From assembly GCF_001194135.2 (NCBI RefSeq), contig NC_068989.1, forward strand, positions 11,309,841 through 11,355,844: a stretch of DNA of 46,004 nucleotides, written 5' to 3'. The DNA comes from Octopus bimaculoides (taxonomy: Eukaryota). Of the stretch, positions 1 through 10,304 are shown one piece after another (positions within the stretch are counted from its first letter, which is position 1; the number at the start of each line of letters is the position of its first letter). The notes beneath the pieces were generated by a model. That model had not been told where the DNA came from. It saw only the letters and a list, made by a program, of their open reading frames with translations, and made no database searches. The translations under genes and the position numbers were made by a program.

Positions 1-818
1 TTATAAGTACATTTGCATTTTACTATAAGTATTTCGTCTGATCTTCATCGTTCACCTACCATATCTGTCAAGAGAGAAACATATTGTTTACAAAATAAAA
101 AAGAAAGACAAAAACAAAAAGAAAACCTCAAAAACCCTCCTTTGTTTAGTCATCAGTAAATCTAAATTCAATTGTTATATTTTCTTTTTTTCCCTCCCTC
201 CCCCCGTCTTTTTTTTTTTTTTTTACTTTAATGTCTTTTTTTTTTTCTTGCTGGAATGATATGAAACTCTATAATGTCTTAGAAAGCAACTTGATCATGT
301 CTACCAATTATAAACTGGAAAGTTAAGCATTTAGTGCATGACCCATAGATTACTTTTGAAATGTGGTGGTGGCGGCAGTGGCAGTGATGGTGTCGGGGGT
401 GGGGTAGCGGCGGTGTTATGATTCTTTGTAAGGTGTTCCACTTCAGTGTTTTGACAGAGCCATTATACTGGAGAATCTAAGGAGGTATGTTGAGTTGTTG
501 ACAGCGCCAGACTCGGTAATAATAGTGCATAGCAGTGTCGACCTGGTGTTATTCTTGTTGCAAGTGATTTTATGTAATGTATTTTATAACTGGCTATGGG
601 TTTGTCCTAAACTGAAAACACGGTTGCTGTGTGTGTGTGTGTGTGTGTGTGTGCGTGCATGCCACACATGCATGCCACACATGCATACACAGAAGTTCAG
701 AGCCAACTTCTTACCTTCAGTCTTAGCAAGCTACCAGTACCCCTCAGGTAGGGCACTTCCAGGCATACATCAGACTGATTGGCTACAGCCAGTTACAGAA
801 TAACAATGACAGATTAAC

Positions 819-865
<47 letters not shown>

Positions 866-879
866 ATAATAATAATAAT
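819..879. repeat. Compound microsatellite (TAG)n-(AAT)n
   Basis: Direct tandem repeat. Confidence 0.97.
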
Positions 880-1154
880 GCACCCTTTTAAAGCCTAGCC
901 AGGTTCATGGGCCCGGTTTCCCGGTTTCTACGGCATATGTATTCCCCAGCTGGGCGGGACGCCAGGCCATTGCAGCGTTACTCATTTTTGCCAGCTGAGT
1001 GGACTGGAGCAATGTGAAANNNNNNNNNNGGACTGGAGCAATGTGAAATGAAGTGTTTTGCTCAAGAACACAACGCGTCGCCTGGTTCAGGAATCGAAAC
1101 CACAATCTTACGATCATGATGCTGACACCATAACCACTAGGCCACGCTCCTCCA
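880..1154 (-). mobile_element. SINE family E (tRNA-like head, CORE-like middle), flanked by (AAT)n
   Basis: Minus strand reads GTGGAGGAGCGTGGCCTAGTGG (A box) ... GGTTTCGATTCC (B box) ... TTGTGTTCTTGAGCAAAACACTTCATTTCAC; related copies at 18799 and 40882; contains a 10-N gap. Confidence 0.85.
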
Positions 1155-1163
1155 CAAATAATG

Positions 1164-1208
<45 letters not shown>

Positions 1209-1210
1209 GT

Positions 1211-1421
1211 TTTGAATTTTGGCACAAGGCCAGCAGTTTCGGAGGAGGAGCTAAGCCGATGACATCGATGCCAGTCTTCAACTGGTACTTATTTTATCGA
1301 CCCTGTAAGGATGAAAGGCAAAGTTGATCTCAGCAGAATTTGAACTCAGAATGTAAAGACAGATAAAATGCTGCAGAGCATTTTGCCTGGCGTGCTAACG
1401 ATTCTGCCAGCTCGTCGCTTT
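1211..1421 (-). mobile_element. SINE family B (tRNA-like head, GCCTTTCATCCTTTCGGGGTCGATAAA body)
   Basis: Reverse complement of the unit seen at 35439 and 45145; the body resembles (recall only) the Nin-type conserved invertebrate SINE domain. Confidence 0.85.
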
Positions 1422-1668
1422 AATGATAATAATGATAATCAGCATAGTGCAAGTGTGAAGGTAGAACACCTACAAAAATTAGCATTGCTTGGAACTGCAA
1501 GAATTCTTTGCGCCAAAAGTATGACCAGTAAACAAGTGTCACCTTAGTCTGCTGGCTGTGGACAGCTGACGCTTTCCATCATACCCAGCAAAATAAGCTG
1601 TGAGTTTTTAATACAATAATAATAATGATGATGATGATAATAATAATATTAATAATAATAATAATAAT

Positions 1669-2003
1669 GTGAAGGTGCATGGCTCAGTGGTTAGAGCGTT
1701 GAGCTTACGATCATGAGGTTGTGAGTTCAATTCCTGGACTGGCTGTGCGTTGTGTTCTTGAGCAAGACACTTTATTTCTCATTGCTCCAGTTCACTCAGC
1801 TGTAGAAATTAGTTGCGACATCACCGGTGCAAAGCTGTATCGGGCCCTTCGCCTTTCCCTTAGATAACATCGGTGGCGTGGAGAGGGGAGGCCGGTATGC
1901 ATGGGCGACTGCTGGTCTTCCATAAACAACCTTGCCCGGACTTGTGTCGGAGGGGAACTTTCTAGGTGCAATCCCATGGTCATTCATGACCGAAGGGGGT
2001 CTC
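1669..2003 (+). mobile_element. SINE family C (tRNA-like head, CORE-like middle), flanked by (AAT)n
   Basis: TGGCTCAGTGGTTAGAGC (A box), GAGTTCAATTCC (B box); near-identical copies at 16452 (+) and 28547 (-). Confidence 0.9.
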
Positions 2004-2023
2004 CTCAGTCCTCCTCCTTAATG

Positions 2024-2071
<48 letters not shown>

Positions 2072-2507
2072 TTGATTTCAGTAGCAATTATGAAACCATA
2101 TAAAGAAGAATTAACAAACTTTACTTTATAGGAATATAAACACAGGTGAATTCAAAAACCCAGTTTTCAGCAATATCACAAAGTTAAATAAAAAGATTGT
2201 TCACTGTCTGTGTACTAACAATTCTCACACTGCATTGGAGACATTAAACCGATGTTTCTCAGTCTGACAAATACTAGAGTATGAGACATTCTTGCATAGC
2301 TGTTTTGGAGCTGCCTATTTGGCCTCACTGATTCAATGCTGACTTATTAGACATTTTTCTGTTTTGCTTTTCTCTCTATTGCGTGTGAGCTTTTAGTTAT
2401 ATTTAAATGTATATATAATCTCTATCTTTCCCTCACTCTCTCATTCTGCTTGTGTATATTTCTGCATCTGTTTGTGTTTGTGTGTGTGTGTGTGTTTGTC
2501 TCTAGTG

Positions 2508-2597
2508 CTAAAACATTCTGTTGCCAAAACAAGTTGAATGTCCAGTCAGCTGTGCCAAATTGTCAGCATCTAAATAGCCAAGCTCAATTGTGTCATT
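2508..2597 (-). CDS. Candidate terminal coding exon (NDTIELGYLDADNLAQLTGHSTCFGNRMF*), unidentified
   Basis: TTTGCAG acceptor then 29 open codons to TAG in unique sequence; weak poly-Y; no recognised homology. Confidence 0.15.
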   Translation of the reverse strand, partial: NDTIELGYLDADNLAQLTGHSTCFGNRMF

Positions 2598-2910
2598 CTG
2601 CAAATACTAACCATTCCTATCCAAAACATAGGAAAACTTCTTTGCTCTCATTCTTTATTAATGAAAAAACCAAATAAAGTTTGCATCTATATAATTCTTC
2701 TGTTTTTGCCATGATATTGAAATCCTTTAGCTGTGATGCAAATTCATTGTTATGCAGCCACACTTTGTGTTATGCACTTAATTCTGTGCAACTCAGTTCA
2801 CGTCACTTTCAATAATCAGCAGAAGATAGTAGGGCTGGATTAAGGCCCATGGGACACTAAGCATTTAAAAGATTTTAGTGTCCCCCATATATATGTAATT
2901 CAAAAGATAA

Positions 2911-3135
2911 ACTCTTTTACTCTTTTACCATTTGACTGTAGCCATGCTGGAGCACTGCCTTTAGTTGAGCAAATCGACCCCAGGATTTATTCTTTGGAAG
3001 CCTAGTACTTATTCTATCGGACTCTATTGTCGAACCGCTAATTTACGGGGACATAAACACACCAGCATCGGTTGTCAAGCGATGTTGAGGGGACAAACAC
3101 AGACGCACAAACATATACACACACATACATGTATA
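2911..3135 (-). mobile_element. SINE family A, 3' half
   Basis: Matches the 3' half of the full copy at 8916-9318. Confidence 0.9.
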
Positions 3136-3207
3136 CAGGGTGTCCACAAAGTCTGGGTACATGAGGATTAACACATACTTTAAGAAATTATTATATTTTA
3201 TATTTAA

Positions 3208-3335
3208 TTGGCAAAAGACACCGATAGAATAAGTACTAGGCTTACAAAGAATAAGTCCCGGGATCGATTTCCTCCACTAAAGGCGGTGCTCCAGCATGGC
3301 TACAGTCAAATGACTGAAACAAGTAAAAGAGTAAC
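3208..3335 (+). mobile_element. SINE family A, 3' end
   Basis: GATAGAATAAGTACTAGG...GAAACAAGTAAAAGAGTAA tail. Confidence 0.9.
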
Positions 3336-3574
3336 TACGGATATAAACCACTTTGAATATTATTTTAGCAAGTTTAAAAATGATTTCTTTTGTGCCGTAA
3401 ACCATTTGCCATTTCTATGATACCCCCACTTCCCTTGATGCCATAAGCACATACTAAATAGTCTGTTTCATGTAACATTCTGGGGTATATTACATGAGAT
3501 ATACCTTAGGGAGAAGTCTCTCTCCCTCATAACACCGCGTAGTCAGAGTTCGAAAGCTGTCTTTTATGGTGGTT

Positions 3575-3835
3575 TTTTTCTTTTTTACTTGTTTCATTCA
3601 TTGAACTGTGGCCATGCTGGGGCACAGCCTTGAAGGATTTAGTCAAACAAATTGACCCCAATACTTATTTTTAACTCTGATAATTATTCTATTGCTCCTT
3701 TTGTTTTTTTTACCAAACTGCTAAGTTACAGAGATTTAAACACGCCAACACTTGTTGTCAAACAATGGCCAGGGACAAACAGCGCACACACACACACACA
3801 CACACACACAAGTTTCTTTCAGTTTCCTCTAAAAA
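3575..3835 (-). mobile_element. SINE family A, degenerate fragment
   Basis: Diverged match to family A, including the (CA)n core. Confidence 0.75.
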
Positions 3836-4363
3836 CTATTTAAATCCCTTTAGGGTTTACAAGATATTTACATTATATTCTTTGACTAACAACTACAATC
3901 AACATCAAAGCCGCCAGCCCAAATTGTCTAATGCAGATCCCCAGATATATAATTAAACGGCTGTTAAATTAAAAACATGCAATTAATTCTACATTCAGTG
4001 CTATTTAATTTCTTTAAATAAAAATGATCAAGCAACAAATATAAAAACAAAATAAACCAAAAAAGAAAAGGAAAAGAAAGAAATGACCAGCCAACTTATT
4101 TTGTGGTCAGTATTAGATTTAATGAGCAGATCAAAGTTAATGAGCACATTTTGGAAAGTTTTCGTTTTCCTCCACTAGTTTGTTTCAATCTGTTGCTTGG
4201 TAACCATTATTATATTCACTATCAGTACTATATAACATGTATTTGTTAACTTCACAAGAGAAAAACACACTCTAGAACCATGAGCTAAATAAAGGAGATT
4301 CTGGGTAGTTGCTTCACCTGCTAGAAATAGCAGTCAGATTGTCCTCAAATTACATCATAACAT

Positions 4364-4765
4364 CTCTTTTACTCTTTTACTTGTTTCAGTCTTTTGACTG
4401 TGGCCATGCTGCAGCACCGCCTTTAGTCGAGCAAATCGACCCCAGGACTTATTCTTTGGAAGCCAAGTACTTATTCTATCAGTCACTTTTGCCGAACTGC
4501 TAAGTTACAGGGACATAAACACACCAGCATCGGTTGTCAAGCGATGTTGGGGGGACAAACACAGGCATACAAGCACATACACACACACATACATATACAT
4601 ATATATATATAGGACAGGCTTCTTTCAGTTTCCGTCTACCAAATCCACTCACAAGGCTTTGGTCGGCCCGAGGCTATAGTAGAAGACACTTGCCCAAGAT
4701 GCCACGCAGTGGGACTGAACCCTGGACCATGTGGTTGGTAAGCAAGCTATTTACCACTCATGCAG
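4364..4765 (-). mobile_element. SINE family A, near full length
   Basis: Head, internal (TA)/(CA) microsatellite and TACTCTTT tail are all present. Confidence 0.92.
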
Positions 4766-4774
4766 GTTTTCTAA

Positions 4775-5210
4775 ATATGCCAAAAATATGGATCATCATG
4801 ATGGAATCCCTTTGATTAAAGATCTACTTGATTAGAGTTGTTCTATGAGTAAAGAATGATGATAATAGTTAAGACAGCAATTCAGAGCCAGGATGCTAGT
4901 ATATTTTATAACAAAGTATCTTATGACATGTCTATCTCAATTGCTGTATATATAGTAGTGTGTGTGCGTATATATATATATTTCTAATACAGAGCAAATA
5001 TTTCAGCAGAAAATATTTGCTAACATATACCATTAATTCTATTATTATCTAGGATAAAATCATTAGAATGATAATAACAGAATCAATAATATAGACGATT
5101 ACTGGCCCAGAATTTCTGTAATTGTTGTCAATGTTTTTGTTGGTGATTTCAAAAAGAGTTTTGACTGTTATTTCTAGCAGGTAGTCATACTCAATTTGTC
5201 CTTTGATTAA

Positions 5211-5241
<31 letters not shown>

Positions 5242-5529
5242 TTGAAGATAAGCAACAAAAATTCAATAGGTTATGGCAGTACGTACGTTTCGTACAAGCT
5301 CCATTTATTCATGTAGTGAGAACACCACATAGAATGTACAATGAAAATGTACTCCTCAGCTGCATAATGGAATTTCATTTTAGAAAGACATTTTGAAGAT
5401 GTTTGCAAAAAACAAGAGTAAGAGAAGAAAACATACCATCTCGACTATGCTTTAATCATAGAACAACTATAATCAAGTAGAACTTTAATCAAAGGGATTC
5501 CATCGTGATGATCCAAATTTTTGGCATAT
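4775..5529. repeat. 80-bp inverted repeat pair (4775-4854 and 5450-5529) bracketing the HHR
   Basis: ATATGCCAAAAA...ATGAGTAAAG versus the reverse complement of 5450-5529; 5 mismatches in 80 nt by eye. Confidence 0.9.
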
Positions 5530-5580
5530 CAACTGTGTCGAGGTTTATCTTTGATAAAATAGTAGAAAATATATTTTCTT
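5244..5580 (-). mobile_element. Probable Penelope-like/retrozyme terminal repeat fragment
   Basis: Contains the HHR, ends in A-run plus (TA)n, and its upstream part is duplicated in inverse orientation; class assignment is inference. Confidence 0.5.
5259..5375 (-). ncRNA. Type I hammerhead ribozyme with long stem II and palindromic stem III
   Basis: CUGAGGA (5359-5353), stem II GUACA/UGUAC, GAAA (5291-5288), palindrome ACGUACGU, GUA triplet (5282-5280), stem I GCAG/CUGC + UUAU/AUAA + AAAUUC/GAAUUU. Confidence 0.8.
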
Positions 5581-5634
5581 TGTTGCTTGTTTATGAGGAA
5601 AAACTCCAGAGATATCATTATTATCATCTTTGTT

Positions 5635-5803
5635 TTAACCCTTTAGCATTTAAACCAGCCATATCTGATCCAAATATTCAACCTTTTTATGTTAAAACTG
5701 GCCAGATTTGGCCTCTCACACCTACCCTACAATGTCATTCTAAAAATGAACAGTCAGATCATTGAAATCTTGAAGCTATGAGATAATGCATGATTAATTC
5801 AAA
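5635..5803 (+). mobile_element. TTAA/piggyBac-type MITE family 1, truncated
   Basis: TTAA-CCCTTTAGCATTTAAACC start; same family as 10902 and the full copy at 41305. Confidence 0.8.
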
Positions 5804-5824
5804 CCAAAGGGATCACCATCATTC

Positions 5825-6290
5825 GGGCATTGACATGGTTGTGTAGAATGAAGCTTGTTTCCCAACCACATGGTTCTGGGGTCAGTCCCACTGCATGGTA
5901 CCTTGGGCAAGTGTCTTCTATTACAGCTCTGGACTGGCTAAAGACTTGTGAGTTGATTTGGTAGATGGATGGGGTCAGTCCCACTGCATGGCACCTTGGG
6001 CAAGTGTCTTCTATTACAGCTCTGGACTGGCTAAAGACTTGTGAGTGGATTTGGTAGATGGAAACAGAAAGAAGCCCGTCGTGTGTGTGTGTGTGTGTGT
6101 GACCACTGCATGTCAATCATTGTTGGTTTGTTTATGTTCCCATTACTTAGTGGTTCAGCAAATGAGAATAATAAAATAAGTACCAGTACTTAAAAAGAGA
6201 AAAAAAAAAATCAAAATGAGCGCTGGGGTCGATTTGTTCAACTGAAAGGCAGTGCCCCAGAATGGCAACAATCCAATGACTGGAAAAAGA
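5825..6290 (+). mobile_element. SINE family A with internal 93-bp tandem duplication
   Basis: Units start at 5878 and 5971. Confidence 0.88.
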
Positions 6291-6666
6291 TCAGAAGAGA
6301 TATTTCTTCCAAAGATTAGCGCCTAATCCTAATTTGGCAATCCCTTATCTGTCCCCTGATTCCTTGTCCTGAAGATATCTGAACCACTCCCCAGAACCGC
6401 AAAACAAACGAATTACCTCCTACTCTTATTATTTGCTGTCAATTTTAGGTCAATATCCAATCTATGGAATCAATAACTCATTACTTTTTATCTATTTTCA
6501 TTGAGAAAATTAAATCTTTCAAGCACCAGCAAGCATGAAAGGAAAAACACTAAATGGAACGACAATGATGAAATAACAACAACCATAAAGGATATCTGAA
6601 AGACAAACATTTCATTTAGCAAAAGTTCATTCAGTGCCGGCTTATCTGCATCTGTAGCTGTCTCCA

Positions 6667-6669
<3 letters not shown>

Positions 6670-6739
<70 letters not shown>
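6670..6739. repeat. (GT)n microsatellite
   Basis: Direct. Confidence 0.98.
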
Positions 6740-6741
<2 letters not shown>

Positions 6742-7021
6742 GCCTGTACTTAGTAGATGTCTTGTGAAAGATCTCATTTAGCCTTGATGGAAGGTAAAAC
6801 ATAAGACAAGAGACCCATGCCATGTCATTGCAGCCCTGCATGTGATAGCATGGCAGAAAGACAAGGTAAATCCCGTGCCATCAAATACTAAACAAATCAG
6901 CCATCAAACTTGATAGTCTGATCATTACTTATTTCTGTTAATTAGCCTAAGCACTGGAAAGAGAGTTGAGTAACTTGTTCAAGGACACATTACCATGTAT
7001 AGTAATTAGAAGACTTAAGCA

Positions 7022-7151
7022 GTACCAAGTTGTGGGTGTAAAAGTTGTGGGTACCAAGTTGTGGGTACCAAGTTGTGGGTGTAAAAGTTGTGGGTACCAA
7101 GTTGTGGGTGTAAAAGTTGTGGGTACCAAGTTGTGGGTGTAAAAGTTGTGG
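7022..7151 (+). repeat. Minisatellite of 14-nt (GTACCAAGTTGTGG) and 15-nt (GTGTAAAAGTTGTGG) units, order ABAABABAB
   Basis: Parsed directly. Confidence 0.95.
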
Positions 7152-7450
7152 GTGCCAGTTACACACTGGGGTCGATGTAATCGACTTAATCCGTTTGTCT
7201 GTCCTTGTTTGTCCCCTCTATGTTTAGCCCCTTGTGGGCAGTAAAGAAATAAGAAATGATAGCATGCCGGGCGAAATGCTTAGCGGTATTTCATCTGTCT
7301 TTCCGTTCTGAGTTAAAATTCCACTGAGGTCGACTTTGCCTTTCATCCTTTCGGGGTCGATAAATTAAGTACTAGTTGCGTACTGCGGTCGATCTAATCG
7401 ACTGGCTCCCTCTCCCAAAATTTCAGGCCTTGTGCCTAGAGTAGAAAAGG
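7152..7450 (+). mobile_element. SINE family B head-to-tail dimer (tail type 1, then unit with tail type 2)
   Basis: Matches other B units. Confidence 0.88.
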
Positions 7451-7614
7451 TATATATGTTGACCTAACCTTTTTTACTGTAAATTTTGGTTTAAAGAATT
7501 TGACTTGTATTCTGTAAAATATAGTACATTTATGTATTTGCACTTAGTGTATTTTAACATGTATAAGGAATCCATTTTTGTCAAAAATTAGGTGAAGAAA
7601 ATATGGGAGTTTCT

Positions 7615-7930
7615 TCATCATCATCATCATCATCATCATCGTTTAACGTCCGCTTTCCATGCCAGCATGGGTTGGACGATTTGACTGAGGACTGGTGAAA
7701 CCGGATGGCAACACCAGGCTCCAATCTAATTTGGCAGAGTTTCTACAGCTGGATGCCCTTCCTAACGCCAACCACTCAGAGAGTGTAGTGGGTGCTTTTA
7801 CGTGTCACCCGCACGAAAACGGCCACGCTCGAAATGGTGTCTTTTATGTGCCACCCGCACAAGCCAGTCCAGGGGCACTGGCAACGATCTCACTCGAAAA
7901 TCCTATGGGAGCCAGTCAGGCGGTACTAAT
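7615..7930 (-). mobile_element. SINE/LINE-tail family F with (GAT)n tail
   Basis: Minus strand TTGGCGTTAGGAAGGGCATCCAGCTGTAG...GGACGTTAAACGATGATG; copies at 10743, 26054, 36985, 44470. Confidence 0.85.
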
Positions 7931-8915
7931 CCCTTACAAAACCTTTTTTCCAAATTTTAACTCCCCCAAATTAGGGGATTCCTTATACACATTAAAATAT
8001 GGTATATCCATAAGAATGGAGATTGTAATCTACTGAAACCAAATAGAATATTGCATGCTTCTCCCTTGCTATTCTCTGGAGCAATAGAGAATAGCAGTTT
8101 GTCTGCTGGTACCATGAGAAACGTTTCTATATTGTGAGAAGCAAGATTCTCTGTTAATCCTTCCATTACCTATTCCTATCTCTGCACTGATATTATTCAC
8201 TTGCTTCTCAGTTTATTTTATTAAAGTTAATCTTACCGAAAATGTCGTGGTTGTTTAGTTCCAGGTTAGTTCTGCTTCAGCAGATTTATGATCAGAAAGA
8301 GTACCAGCTGGGTGTCTAGGATTAAATTATTTAATATCTTCTTCCATTTCTTAAGATAGCAGAAGGTGTTTTAGGGAAATATAGCTAGTAGCAAACTATT
8401 TCCTCAGTGATTCATCTTATCAAAATATCTGCTGACAGCCTAATGTAATTCTTTGTTTTTCCTTTCACCTATTTCAATATTTTCAGTGGAATATTGAAAT
8501 AAAAGTCTTGGGAGAAAGCTGTCTGTGTAAAACCCAATGTTTACTCTGTTGATTATGTGAAGAAACAATTGTACATCCCTTCCCATCATACCTCCACCTA
8601 TCCTGCACATCAAACATCATAGGTGCCACTACATTTTTTTTTTATTAATATGCATGTATGTTTGATTAATTGCTTTATTGATTTCTTAAGTTTCCACTAT
8701 CTCTGAGACTTACTGAAGTTAGGAAGTCCCAAATTTATTTTATCAATAATTAACTAAGCATAATATTATTTTATTAGTTTATATATATATTTTTTCTTTA
8801 CCAAGTTATTGTCTATATTCAACAACAGGTCATATATTAAGCTCTGGGCTTTACGATAAACAAAACCAGTTATAAGAACAACAATACTAATGATGATAAT
8901 AAGTATATGTAATAG

Positions 8916-9318
8916 AGGCGCAGGAGTGGCTGTGTGGTAAGTAACTTGCTTACCAACCACATGGTTCCGGGTTCATTCCCACTGCGTGGCAGCGTGGGTA
9001 AGTGTCTTCTACTATAGCCTCGGGCTGACCAAAGCCTTGTGAGTGGATTTGGTAGACGGAAACTGAAAGAAGCCCGTCGTATATATGTATATTTTATATA
9101 TATATATATATGCGTGTCTGTCCCCCCCACCATCGCTTGACAACTGATGCTGGTGTGTTTACGTCCCCCGTTACTTAGCAGTTCGGCAAAAAAGAGACCG
9201 ATAGAATAAGTACTAGGCTTACAAAGAATAAGTCCTGGGGTCGATTTTTCTCGACTAAAGGCGGTGCTCCAGCATGGCCGCAGTCAAATGACTGAAACAA
9301 GTAAAAGAGTAAAGAGTA
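8916..9318 (+). mobile_element. SINE family A, full length
   Basis: AGGCGCAGGAGTGGCTGTGTGG head (A box), GGTTCATTCCC (B box), internal (TA)n, GTAAAAGAGTAAAGAGTA tail. Confidence 0.95.
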
Positions 9319-9648
9319 ATATATGTATATGGGTGGGGGAGAGGCTGGAAAGGTCTTGACTTTGGGTAAAAGAAAATCTGCATGTTACATAGCAGTACCA
9401 TTTTCTTCAGATATCAGTGGTTGTAACAGAAAAGCAAAATATATTTAAATACTAATTACATCTCACAATATGCATACATGTGTGTGTAATACTGGCATAC
9501 ATATTGTATGGCTAATACATATTGTATGGCCAATGCTTGCGTGAGTGAGATGGTTTGTTTATTGAGCAACTGTTTTACACAACTGGATGTTCTTCCTAGT
9601 GCTAAGAACTACTTCAGATGTGGAGTAAAAGTAGTTGACTTCCATGTG

Positions 9649-10303
9649 TACTCTAGGCACAAGGCCCAAAATTTTTGGGGAAGTTGATTAGATCAACCCC
9701 AGTACACAACTGGTACTTAATTTATCGACCCCTGAAAGGATGAATGGCAGAGTCGACTGCACATGGAATTTGAACTCTGAACGTAAAGACAGACGAAATA
9801 CCGCTAACCATTTTACTGGCATGCTAATGTTTCTTATTTCTTTATTGCCCACAAGGGGCTAAACACAGAGGGGACAAACAAGGAAAGACAAAAGGATTAA
9901 GTCGATTACATCGACCCCAGTGCGTAACTGGTACTTAATTTATCGACCCTGAAAGGATGAAAGGCTAAGTTGACCTCGGCGGAATTTGAACTCAGAACGT
10001 AACGGTAGACGAAATACCGCTAAGCATTTTGCCTGGCATGCTAACGTTTCTGTCAGCTCGCCGCTTTAAAGTAGTAATAATATTCTTTTCTACTCTAAGC
10101 ACAAAGCCCAAATATTTGGGGAGGGGGCCAGTTGATTAGATCAACCCCAATACGCAACTGGAACTTAATTTATCGAAAACCCCTCCCCGAAAGAATGAAA
10201 GGCAAAGTCGACTGTGGCGGAATTTGAACTCGGAACATAAAGACAGAAGAAATACTGCTAAGCATTTTACCAGCATGCTAACGTTTCTGCCAGCTCTCTG
10301 CCT
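9649..10303 (-). mobile_element. SINE family B array (3 units)
   Basis: Three successive B bodies in the same orientation. Confidence 0.88.
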
Positions 10304-10304
10304 T

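Noticed and set aside
1001-1048. 19-bp direct repeat around a 10-N gap
   Set aside because: Contig-overlap scaffolding artefact.
1669-1745. tRNA-like sequences at SINE heads (families A-E)
   Set aside because: A/B boxes are present but they continue into SINE bodies without a proper acceptor stem; not tRNA genes.
5049-5258. 69-aa minus ORF
   Set aside because: Built from (TA)n plus a fragment of the dispersed TGCTAGAAATAGCAG repeat.
7022-7151. CRISPR-like appearance of the minisatellite and of SINE B arrays
   Set aside because: No unique spacers, no cas genes, eukaryotic context.
7684-7705. CTGAGGA-CTGGT-GAAA in family F
   Set aside because: No stem II; the copy at 10743 lacks the GAAA.
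8067-8096. 11-bp perfect hairpin
   Set aside because: Within chance expectation for 46 kb of AT-rich DNA; too short for a pre-miRNA.
8470-8501. 12-bp AT-rich hairpin
   Set aside because: Low complexity; chance level.
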